Source: an uncultured delta proteobacterium
Lineage (GTDB): Bacteria; Myxococcota_A; Polyangia; Polyangiales; JAFGIB01
Length of the DNA: 64,000 nucleotides
NCBI GenBank assembly: GCA_963778655.1
Contig: CAVZVA010000011.1
Location: 128,001 to 192,000 of the forward strand
Direction of reading: 5' to 3'
The notes under the pieces are model-generated. The model did no database searches and had not been told where the DNA came from. It was given only the letters and a program-made list of their open reading frames with translations. A program made the position numbers and the translations under genes. Below, one piece after another: positions 1 through 7,527 of this stretch (positions are counted from its first letter, which is position 1; each line of letters opens with the position of its first letter).

Positions 1-178
1 CATCGATGTTCCAAGCACTGCCAACACTGGCAGTCGCTGCCGTAGCCGGCGTGCGACCCGAGCGAAAGCAAACAGCATCGGGTTTGCGGAAAAAGCGTGC
101 GTGGCAAGGACCCGGTCCCGGAGAACCCAGGTGGTCGGCGGATGTCGAGCAGCACCTGCGCGCAGCGGTGGCGGCTTT

Positions 179-208
179 GGTAACCACCGGTGACCACTGG
201 TGACCAAT
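179..208. repeat. Three tandem 10-bp units GGT(A/G)ACCA(CC/CT/AT)
   Basis: ggtaaccacc ggtgaccact ggtgaccaat read directly. Confidence 0.7.
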
Positions 209-362
209 GATGACCGGGTGCCTCGCTCTGCGCGCAGCGCTGCAGCCGGGGACTATGCTCGGTCCGTTCGAGGAGTGCGCGGCGTGCGACGCGCGTCCTT
301 GTTGGGCGCGGTCGAAACCCTCGAGCCACATGGAGCTGCGCCGCGGGTCGAAGGAGCTGACA

Positions 363-1172
363 ATGAGGAACCGTGGTTTGATCGCATGGGCAGCGAGGAT
401 GAGCGTGGTCGCGCTTGCGGCGACGTTCGGATCGGCGTCGAGCGCGGAGGCATGCCCGCAAAACGTGAACGGTCATCTCGGATGGGTCATTTTCAATCCA
501 GTCACGTCCTTCGCGTGGTGGCCTCCCGGCCGAAGCGACGCTCTTCGGATCGCCGCGAGTTGGAGCTATCTGTTAGTTTTGCCGCAGATCTATCAGCGCC
601 TTGCGCCTTACGGCGTACGCCAGGGCTCACCGGGCGCCGAACTCACTCTGCCTTCCAACCTGCCTACCAACAACACGGCGATCAGCGAGGACGCGATCGT
701 CGATGGGATCTTTCAGGGATTGGTCAACGCCCATCGGGTACCTGAGGACGGCGAGGTCTTCGTTGTCATGATGCCTCCGAATGCACGCGCCGCAGAAGAT
801 CGAATGACTACGGAGTACACAGCCGATGGGCATCACTATTGGCAGAATCGCATGTTTCCCGATGGAAGCACGCACCCAATTGTCTACGCGGTCGTCGAGT
901 ACAACTCCGACTTCCAAGAGACGAACTTTTTGCTGTCCCATGAGCTCTTCGAAACCTATACGGACCCATTCAGCGTTCCGAGCGCCAACGGTAACGTCGG
1001 TTTGGGTTGGTACGACGACGACTCGGACATGTGGACGGCGAACGGGACGAACCCGGAGATCGCAGACATGTGCTTGAACAAGTACCCTAGGCAATACAGG
1101 TACTGGACGCTCAAGAACATCGTCTTGTCGCAGGTCTGGCTGCCCCAATACTGCGACTGTCCGACGTTTTAG
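363..1172 (+). CDS. Secreted hypothetical protein with SHELxExxTDP...GWY...EIADxC motif (EXORDIUM/PHI-1-like, possible metalloprotein)
   Basis: AAGGAG RBS before ATG 363; N-terminal signal peptide (MRNRGLIAW...SSAEA); motifs LLSHELFETYTDP, LGWY and PEIADMC. Confidence 0.55.
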   Translation: MRNRGLIAWAARMSVVALAATFGSASSAEACPQNVNGHLGWVIFNPVTSFAWWPPGRSDALRIAASWSYLLVLPQIYQRLAPYGVRQGSPGAELTLPSNLPTNNTAISEDAIVDGIFQGLVNAHRVPEDGEVFVVMMPPNARAAEDRMTTEYTADGHHYWQNRMFPDGSTHPIVYAVVEYNSDFQETNFLLSHELFETYTDPFSVPSANGNVGLGWYDDDSDMWTANGTNPEIADMCLNKYPRQYRYWTLKNIVLSQVWLPQYCDCPTF

Positions 1173-1368
1173 TTGGGGATCGCATCCGGCGCGGACAGGG
1201 GCGCGTAAGGCAATCCAAGCGGACGAAGGCGCCCAAGCCGACGGGACCACCTGTAGCGCCGACGGAAACGAAACACCGACGGGATCACCTGCCAGCTGCT
1301 GGCAGATGATCCAGGCCGGCCCTCCTCTCCCTCCGGTCAACATGGGACAGGGCCTCCGGGGTCGCCCC

Positions 1369-2636
1369 CAGGGCGATCGCATCAAAAGCGGCGTGATTTC
1401 GATCGCTTGAAGGCGGGGGTGGCATCAGATCGGAAGTCGTGATCGTCTCGGAGCGCGCAAGCCCAGCGCCCGGAGGGACGATGCGAGAGAGCGAGCTGAA
1501 GAAACTGATCGTCGAGGAGTTCTTGACCTGTGTTCCGGACCCACGAATCGAGCGCAGTCGCAGGCACTCGCTGGAGAACATCGTGGTGATCTCACTGCTG
1601 GCCGTGATCAGCGGCGCTGACAGCTTCGTCGGAATCGAGCGTTTCGCCGAGGCCAAGCAGGATTGGCTGGCCACATTCTTGGAGCTTCCTGACGGCATTC
1701 CGTCGCACGACACGCTGGGCCGCGTATTCGCGGCGCTCAACCCTCGAGCGTTGGCAGAAGCGTTTCAGCGCTGGACGTTGGCAATGAGCGCGGTCTCGAA
1801 GGAGAAGCTGATCGCGATCGACGGCAAGACGCTCAGGCGTTCGTTCAAGCACGCCGGCGACAACGCCTTCGTGCATATGGTGTCTGCGTGGTCAGCTGCC
1901 AACCATGTCGTGCTCGGACAGGTGAAGACAGAGGACAAGTCCAACGAAATAACCGCGATTCCCGAGTTGCTCGACTTCATCGATGTCAAGGCAGCGCTGG
2001 TCAGCATTGATGCGGCCGGAACACAGACGGCGATCGCGGACAAGATCGTCGATAAGGGTGGCGACTATCTGCTTGCCGTCAAGGGCAACCAGCCCACGCT
2101 GCATGGTGCGCTCATCGAGCATTTCGCCGGTGCCGAAGACGCCGGCGGCGTATTCGGCGTCTGCAGGACCGAGGAGCACGCGCACGGCCGCGACGAGCTA
2201 CGCCGAGCTTGGGTCAGCCACGACGTCGATGCCATCGCAAGCGCCGAGCGCTGGCCCAAGCTCGCGGCGCTGATACGCATCGAGTCCACCCGCACGGTGC
2301 AGGGCAAGCAGAGCACGGACAACCGGTACTACATCTGCTCGCAACCGCTGCTGTCGGCGAGCGAGGCGCTCGACGCCGTACGTAGCCACTGGGCGATCGA
2401 GAACGAGTTGCATTGGGTGCTCGACGTCGCATTCCGCGAAGACGACTGCCGGGTACGAGCAAAGAACGCCGCCGCCAACTTTAGCATCATCCGTCAGCAT
2501 GCCCTCGGCCTGCTCAAGCAGCGCACCGAGGCCAAGTGCGGCATCAAGAACCGAAGGCTGCTCGCCGGTTGGGATGACGACTTCTTGCTTCGCGTAGTTG
2601 GCCTACAAAATGCGTGCTTTTGATGCGATTGCCCTG
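1369..2636 (+). mobile_element. ISAs1-family insertion sequence, complete
   Basis: IRL cagggcgatcgcatcaaaagc (1369-1389) vs IRR gcttttgatgcgattgccctg (2616-2636), 20/21 match; 10-bp target duplication gggtcgcccc at 1359-1368 and 2637-2646. Confidence 0.95.
1481..2623 (+). CDS. ISAs1-family DDE transposase
   Basis: Motifs VPDPR, GIPSHDT, IAIDGKTLR, KSNEITAIP, IDAAGTQ, VKGNQP, RSHWAIENELHWVLDVAFRED; GGAGG RBS. Confidence 0.95.
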   Translation: MRESELKKLIVEEFLTCVPDPRIERSRRHSLENIVVISLLAVISGADSFVGIERFAEAKQDWLATFLELPDGIPSHDTLGRVFAALNPRALAEAFQRWTLAMSAVSKEKLIAIDGKTLRRSFKHAGDNAFVHMVSAWSAANHVVLGQVKTEDKSNEITAIPELLDFIDVKAALVSIDAAGTQTAIADKIVDKGGDYLLAVKGNQPTLHGALIEHFAGAEDAGGVFGVCRTEEHAHGRDELRRAWVSHDVDAIASAERWPKLAALIRIESTRTVQGKQSTDNRYYICSQPLLSASEALDAVRSHWAIENELHWVLDVAFREDDCRVRAKNAAANFSIIRQHALGLLKQRTEAKCGIKNRRLLAGWDDDFLLRVVGLQNACF

Positions 2637-2699
2637 GGGTCGCCCCCGGAGCCGGGCGTGGGGTTGGTGACAGCTGGCCGGCAACCGCGTCCTTTCGCT

Positions 2700-3251
2700 T
2701 CAACCTGAACGGATCGCGTCGAGCCGGCCGAGTTGGTCGAGCACGCTTTCGAGCTAGACGTAAATGTCCGCTGTCTCACCGTTCTGGAACGGCATCTTGC
2801 CGATCGCGCTGGCAGCGCGCGCCAGACGCTCGAGCACGTCAGGAATCGCGGTGTCCGGGATCGCTCCGACCTTGCCGCCGCGGTAGTTGCTGATGACCGC
2901 GGCAACGGCCTTGGGCAGACGCTTCGCGTCCACGGTTCCGTCGGTCGATAAATAGGGGAGCTTCCAGGTGCGAGGCTTGGCCGCGTTCCCCACGTACGCA
3001 AAGCATCGCGCCGGGCGCTTGTATTTGGGGTGCACGCACGTGAGCACGACGTCGGCGAACCCTTGCTGAAACTTGACATCACCGACCGGCCAATCGAGCA
3101 CGGTCGTGAACAAGTCCTCGAGGATGTTCTCGGCGACGCTCTCGACCGCTGCGCCGTGACCGAGCCGTTCGGCCCGCCGTCGTGCGAAGTCGGGCCATTC
3201 CGCTTGGATGCGCTCGACACATTTCCGTTGGCTGGCGAGCTCGGCGGTCAC
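2700..3251 (-). pseudogene. Degraded island protein; in-frame TAG at 2754-2756 and probable internal deletion
   Basis: Frame continues past the TAG as LESVLDQLGRLDAIRSG* to 2700; N-terminal AENILEDLFTTVLDW...FADVVLT joins directly to HPKYK...TWKLPY...KRLPKA. Confidence 0.5.
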
Positions 3252-3455
3252 GGCACCTTGGCAGGATAGCCGCGTCGACTGGGCTTCTCCACCCGACCGG
3301 CCATCCTTGGCGAGCACAAAACTGCCCGGTCAGAACACTATAGTCCTAGGACGGCTTCGACCCGCTCCAGCTGATTGGCCTCGACGAGGCGCTGGCGGCG
3401 TTCTTCGTGCCGGAGGCAGGCAGGCTGCCGAAGGCGGTACGCCAAGTCTCGGCGG

Positions 3456-3716
3456 TCATGCTCCGCTCAGCAAATCTAGGGTGCTGGTACGAATGCTACT
3501 CTCGAGCTGCGCGCAGCCAATCAGGCAGCGCTCGCGCTGCAAGCGTTGCTCGGCCTCACGAGGTATCTCGGTGCCGTCGTGGAACGCCCACACGTAGTCG
3601 GGCCAGCCGGTGCGCTCGAGCGTGCGGTGTGAGCCCGTCTGGCGCTTGGCGCGCCAACCGAGCCGCAGCAGCGCAGCGAGGACGCGGCCTGCCTTCGCGG
3701 AGCCCCACTGTGCCAT
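3456..3716 (-). CDS. hicA: HicA-family toxin (mRNA interferase), C-terminus apparently replaced
   Basis: RVLAALLRLGWRAKRQTGSHRTLER...WAFHDGTEI with the GSH catalytic His; sequence departs from the HicA pattern after EI. Confidence 0.8.
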   Translation of the reverse strand: MAQWGSAKAGRVLAALLRLGWRAKRQTGSHRTLERTGWPDYVWAFHDGTEIPREAEQRLQRERCLIGCAQLESSIRTSTLDLLSGA

Positions 3717-3731
3717 TCGTTCGCGCTACGG

Positions 3732-3935
3732 TTACGCCGCAAAGGCTTCGAGCACGGCGGCGGGGACGGCCTCGCCGTTCTCGAGTCGATCTGCCATCAC
3801 ACGCAACGCCAGGGCAAGCGCAGCGCATCGGGCCTGATCGCGGGTGCCGCCGTACGCCACGACGCCGGGAAGCTCAGGCAGCTCGGCGATCCATCGGCCG
3901 TCGTCTTCCCGGTCGATCTGGACGTCTAGGGGCAT
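3732..3935 (-). CDS. hicB: Short HicB-family antitoxin
   Basis: IDREDDGRWIAELPELPGVVAYGGTRDQA is the HicB N-terminal pattern; lies directly upstream of hicA. Confidence 0.85.
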   Translation of the reverse strand: MPLDVQIDREDDGRWIAELPELPGVVAYGGTRDQARCAALALALRVMADRLENGEAVPAAVLEAFAA

Positions 3936-3980
3936 GGGTTCTACTTTGGGCATGGCCTTGCAACACAACTTGCCACAGAG

Positions 3981-4063
3981 GGACACGTGGCGACACGTGG
4001 GGACACGTGGCGAGGGCGGTCGGGAGCAGCAGACGCGGATTCAGGGGGGCATATCGGGGGGCA
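3981..4063. repeat. Short direct repeats next to the tRNA 3' end; putative integrase arm-type sites
   Basis: (g/c)gacacgtgg x3 at 3981-4010; ggggggca-tatc-ggggggca at 4044-4063. Confidence 0.6.
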
Positions 4064-4114
4064 CGCGCTCGATCTCAGCTCTCCACAATGCGTCTAACCC
4101 ATTGAAATCCTTTG

Positions 4115-4188
4115 TCGGGGCAGCCCGATTCGAACGGGCGACCTCTTGCTCCCAAAGCAAGCGCACTACCAGGCTGTGCTATGCCCCG
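4115..4188 (-). tRNA. tRNA-Pro (TGG)
   Basis: Minus strand CGGGGCA-TAGCACAGCCTGGTAGTGC-G-CTTGC-TTTGGGA-GCAAG-AGGTC-GCCCG-TTCGAAT-CGGGC-TGCCCCG-A folds as a cloverleaf; CCA not encoded. Confidence 0.97.
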
Positions 4189-4198
4189 ATGCGGGGGG

Positions 4199-4227
4199 AA
4201 TGTAGCCAAGCGGGGCGCGGCGGTCAA
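4199..4227 (-). promoter_or_regulatory. Sigma70-type promoter for tRNA-Pro
   Basis: TTGACC-17 bp-TACATT on the minus strand just upstream of the tRNA. Confidence 0.7.
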
Positions 4228-4251
4228 AACGGCGCCGGCGCGCGGCCCGGC

Positions 4252-4884
4252 TCAGACGCCGCGGCGTGGCAAATAGCTCGCCAGGAACACGGCCAGGGCA
4301 TGCGCGGCTTTGGCGCGGTGGCTGATGCGGTTCTTCTGTCCCGGGGGGAGCTCGGCCATGGTGACGGCGTGGCCCAGCGGCTCGAAGTGGGGGTCGTAGC
4401 CGAAGCCGCCGCCGCCGCGCGGCTGCAGGCGGATGCGGCCTTCGCACGCGGCTTGCTCGAAGTGCAGCTCGCCTGCCAACGGCCCGCCCGGGTCGGCGAG
4501 CGCGAGCACGACGCGGTAGCGCGCGGTCAGACGCTCGGGTGGGAGCGCGAGGCGGGTGAGCTCGGCCACGAGCTTCTGGTTGTTGTCGGCGTCGCTGGCT
4601 TGCTCGCCGGCGTAGCGCGCCGAGCGTACGCCCGGAGCGCCGCCGAGCGCGTCGACCTCGAGCCCGCTGTCGTCGGCCAGCGTGAGCATGCCGGTGGCGC
4701 CCGCCAGCTCGCGCGCCTTCTTGGCCGCGTTGTGCTCGAAGCTGTCGCCGTCCTCGATCACCTCGGGCAGCTCTGGCAGCTCGTCCAGTGTGCGCAGCTG
4801 CAGCTGCGGCAGCGCCGCGAAGAGCTGATGAAACTCGCGCGCCTTGCCGCGGTTACGCGTGGCCAGCAGCAGCACGTGCGTCAT
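4252..4884 (-). CDS. rdgB: Non-canonical purine NTP pyrophosphatase (RdgB/HAM1)
   Basis: [50 protein letters not shown]; follows rph. Confidence 0.95.
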   Translation of the reverse strand: MTHVLLLATRNRGKAREFHQLFAALPQLQLRTLDELPELPEVIEDGDSFEHNAAKKARELAGATGMLTLADDSGLEVDALGGAPGVRSARYAGEQASDADNNQKLVAELTRLALPPERLTARYRVVLALADPGGPLAGELHFEQAACEGRIRLQPRGGGGFGYDPHFEPLGHAVTMAELPPGQKNRISHRAKAAHALAVFLASYLPRRGV

Positions 4885-4934
4885 CGGGCCACCACCCCGC
4901 GTATGGCGCGCGCTTCGCACATCGCCACGGCGCC

Positions 4935-5696
4935 CTACCCCAGCAGCCGCGCCACGTCCACGCCCGCTCGCTCGAGCGCCTGCTGTTGCAGCGGCACCAG
5001 CGCGCGCACACCCGCGAGCGCGCGGTCGACCAGCGCGTCGTGCTCCTCGCGCGTCATCGGCGTGCCTTCCGCGGTGCCCTGCACCTCGATGATGCGGCCG
5101 CTCTCGGTCGCCACCAGGTTCAAGTCCACCTGGCAGGCGGCGTCCTCCTGGTAGCACAGGTCGAGCAGCGCGGCGCCCTCGAACAGCCCCACGCTGATCG
5201 CCGCGACCGGCTCGCGCAGCACACCGGGCTGCACCAGCCCGCGCTTGCGCAGGTTGTCGAGCGCCAGCACCAGCGCCACGTAGCCGCCGCTGATCGACGC
5301 GCAGCGCGTGCCACCGTCCGCGTCCAGCACGTCGCAGTCGATGTGAATCGTGCGCTCGCCCAGGCGCTCGAGCCGCAGCGCCGCGCGCAGCGCGCGCCCG
5401 ACCAGGCGCTGGATCTCCTGCGAGCGGCCGCTGATCTGCCCGTTTTTGCCCTCGCGCGACTGGCGCGACGGATTGGCGCGCGGGTGCATGGCGTACTCGG
5501 CCGTGACCCAGCCCTTGCCGCTCTGGCGCAGGAAGTCCTTGACGCCTTCCTCGACCGAGGCCGCCAGCAGCACCTTGGTGCCGCCCTGGGTGTACATCAC
5601 CGAGCCCTCGGGGTTGCGCTGGATGCCGCTCTCGATCTTCACCGGGCGCAGCGCATCGGCGCTTCGGCCGTCGATTCTGGAACGCATTGTGCTCAT
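4935..5696 (-). CDS. rph: Ribonuclease PH
   Basis: [56 protein letters not shown]. Confidence 0.97.
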   Translation of the reverse strand: MSTMRSRIDGRSADALRPVKIESGIQRNPEGSVMYTQGGTKVLLAASVEEGVKDFLRQSGKGWVTAEYAMHPRANPSRQSREGKNGQISGRSQEIQRLVGRALRAALRLERLGERTIHIDCDVLDADGGTRCASISGGYVALVLALDNLRKRGLVQPGVLREPVAAISVGLFEGAALLDLCYQEDAACQVDLNLVATESGRIIEVQGTAEGTPMTREEHDALVDRALAGVRALVPLQQQALERAGVDVARLLG

Positions 5697-5835
5697 GCTT
5701 GGTCCTCGCTGGTGGGTCTCCGTCCCGCGCTGCGCGCGGTCCACCCCCTGCGCTGCGGATGAGATCCCCCCGCCCGCCCCCGCCCGCAATCCTCCGCGTC
5801 ACAACTGTCGGCACATCCGGTCGATGCGGGAAGTC

Positions 5836-7434
5836 TCATGCACTCGCCTCGGTCTCGAGCCCTTCGACCTCGCCGGAACGTGGCTGCGCGACGTCCTCGG
5901 CGCGCTCGGGCCGCCGGGCGCCGGCCGGAAACCAGAGCTCGAAGGTGGTTCCCTTGCCCTCCGCGCTCTCACAGCGGATGCGCCCGCCGTGCGCTACCAC
6001 GATCTGCTGGCTCAGGGGAAGGCCCAGGCCGGTGCCGCCGGCCTTGGTGGTGTAGAAAAGGTCGAAGATGTGCGCGCGCTGCTCGGCGCTCATGCCCGCG
6101 CCCTGGTCGGCGATGCGCACCACCACGCCGCCGTCGTCGGCCGCCACTTGCAGCCGCACGCGGCCCCCGCCGGGCATCGCCTCGCGGGCGTTCTTGAGCA
6201 GGTTCAGCAGCACCTGCCGGATCTGCGCCTCGTCGAGCGACGCCAGCGGCAAGCCCGGCGCCGTGTCCAGCTCGAGCTCGACCTCGGCGGCCGCCAGCTC
6301 GGGCCGCAGGAACTCCGCAGTGCTGCGCGCGATGTCCGCCAGGTCCTCGGGCTCGAGCTGCGGGTTGGGCAGGCGCGCCACGCGCAGGTACTCCTCGGTG
6401 ATGGCGGTCAGGTGCTCGACCTCGCGGTGCACCGCGCGCAGCAGCTCCTTCTGCTCGGGCGTGACGTCGGCCAGCTCCTCCTCGAGCAGCTCCACGTTCA
6501 GGCCGATGCTCGAGAGCGGGTTGCGCACCTCGTGGGTGACGTGCGCCGCCATGCGCCCGACCGCGGCCAGGCGCTCGGATTGCAGCTGCATCTTCTGCAG
6601 CTGTTTGAGGCTCGCGTCGCGCGCCGCCAGCGCCGCGACCATGCGCTCGAATTCGCGACCCAGCCGCCCGATCTCGTCGTCGGTGTTGGGGCTGAGCTGG
6701 CGCACCAGGTCGCCGCGCGCAACCGCCTCGACGCGCTCTTGCAGGCGCGGCAGCGGCGAGAGCACGCGCTGCGACCACACCGTCACGCCCACCCCCACCG
6801 CAAGCGAGAGCACGACCAGCGCCGCGAGCACCCCGAGCGCGTGCTCCTGCTCGACCGCGGCGCGCGCGCTGGTCTGCTCGATGCGGCCGAGCAGCGTGTC
6901 CCAGACCGTGCGCAGGCGGCCATCGATGCCGCGCTCGCGCGCGCGCAGGTCCGCCAGCACGCGCTCGGCGCCGTCCTTGTCGCCGGCGTCGAGCGCGGCG
7001 TACAGATCGCGGTAGCGGCCTTCGCCCTGCGCCAGCATGGTGGTCACGCGCCGCAGCTCGCGCCGCGCCTTGGCCAGGCTCGCGCGGTCGGCCTCGGGCG
7101 GCGCCATGTGCTCGATGTGCGCGATGCCCTCGAGCGCGCGCTCGACCGTGCCCGGACGCGTCTTGCGCGCGGCATTGAGCCAGGTACGGGTAGCGCTCGA
7201 GTTGCGCTCCGAGAGCATGCGGTCGAGCAGGTTGCCGAACACCGACTGGGTGGCGCGCGCCTCGCTCACGGTGAGCGCCAGCGGCAGGTAGCCCTCGTGC
7301 ACCAGGCTGAGCGTGGCGGCCGTGCGCTGGTGCTGCACGAAGCTGCCGACCGATACCAGGCTGCTGACCGTGAGCATCAACGCGAAGGCGAGAAAGACCC
7401 GGCGTGGGATCGTCAGCCTCGGGCGCTTGCGCAC
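5836..7434 (-). CDS. Membrane sensor histidine kinase (2 TM, HAMP, HisKA, HATPase)
   Basis: H-box THEVRNPL, N-box NLLKNA, G boxes DQGAG and GTGLGL; HAMP DDEIGRLGREF. Confidence 0.93.
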   Translation of the reverse strand: MRKRPRLTIPRRVFLAFALMLTVSSLVSVGSFVQHQRTAATLSLVHEGYLPLALTVSEARATQSVFGNLLDRMLSERNSSATRTWLNAARKTRPGTVERALEGIAHIEHMAPPEADRASLAKARRELRRVTTMLAQGEGRYRDLYAALDAGDKDGAERVLADLRARERGIDGRLRTVWDTLLGRIEQTSARAAVEQEHALGVLAALVVLSLAVGVGVTVWSQRVLSPLPRLQERVEAVARGDLVRQLSPNTDDEIGRLGREFERMVAALAARDASLKQLQKMQLQSERLAAVGRMAAHVTHEVRNPLSSIGLNVELLEEELADVTPEQKELLRAVHREVEHLTAITEEYLRVARLPNPQLEPEDLADIARSTAEFLRPELAAAEVELELDTAPGLPLASLDEAQIRQVLLNLLKNAREAMPGGGRVRLQVAADDGGVVVRIADQGAGMSAEQRAHIFDLFYTTKAGGTGLGLPLSQQIVVAHGGRIRCESAEGKGTTFELWFPAGARRPERAEDVAQPRSGEVEGLETEASA

Positions 7435-7486
7435 GCCCGCAGCGTAGCAGGCGCCGGCGGGTGCCGCGAGCGCTGGCCCCAGGAAG

Positions 7487-7514
7487 ATTCACAGCAAGAC
7501 GGGAAGACGGGAAG
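7487..7514 (+). repeat. Dispersed repeat family A copy
   Basis: attcacagcaagacgggaagacgggaag. Confidence 0.75.
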
Positions 7515-7527
7515 TATCGATGGCTTC

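Noticed and set aside
1300..2690. c-di-GMP riboswitch or c4-like antisense RNA around the IS insertion site
   Set aside because: Only fragmentary resemblance; core consensus elements could not be identified by eye
3981..4013. Tandem repeats as a possible CRISPR array
   Set aside because: Units are 10 bp with no spacers, and no cas genes are in the window
4885..5814. Apparent long N-terminal extensions on RdgB, and likewise on TrpA, TrpB, TrpF, AlaS and the TPR protease
   Set aside because: ORF-caller extensions overlap upstream genes; downstream starts match the family N-termini
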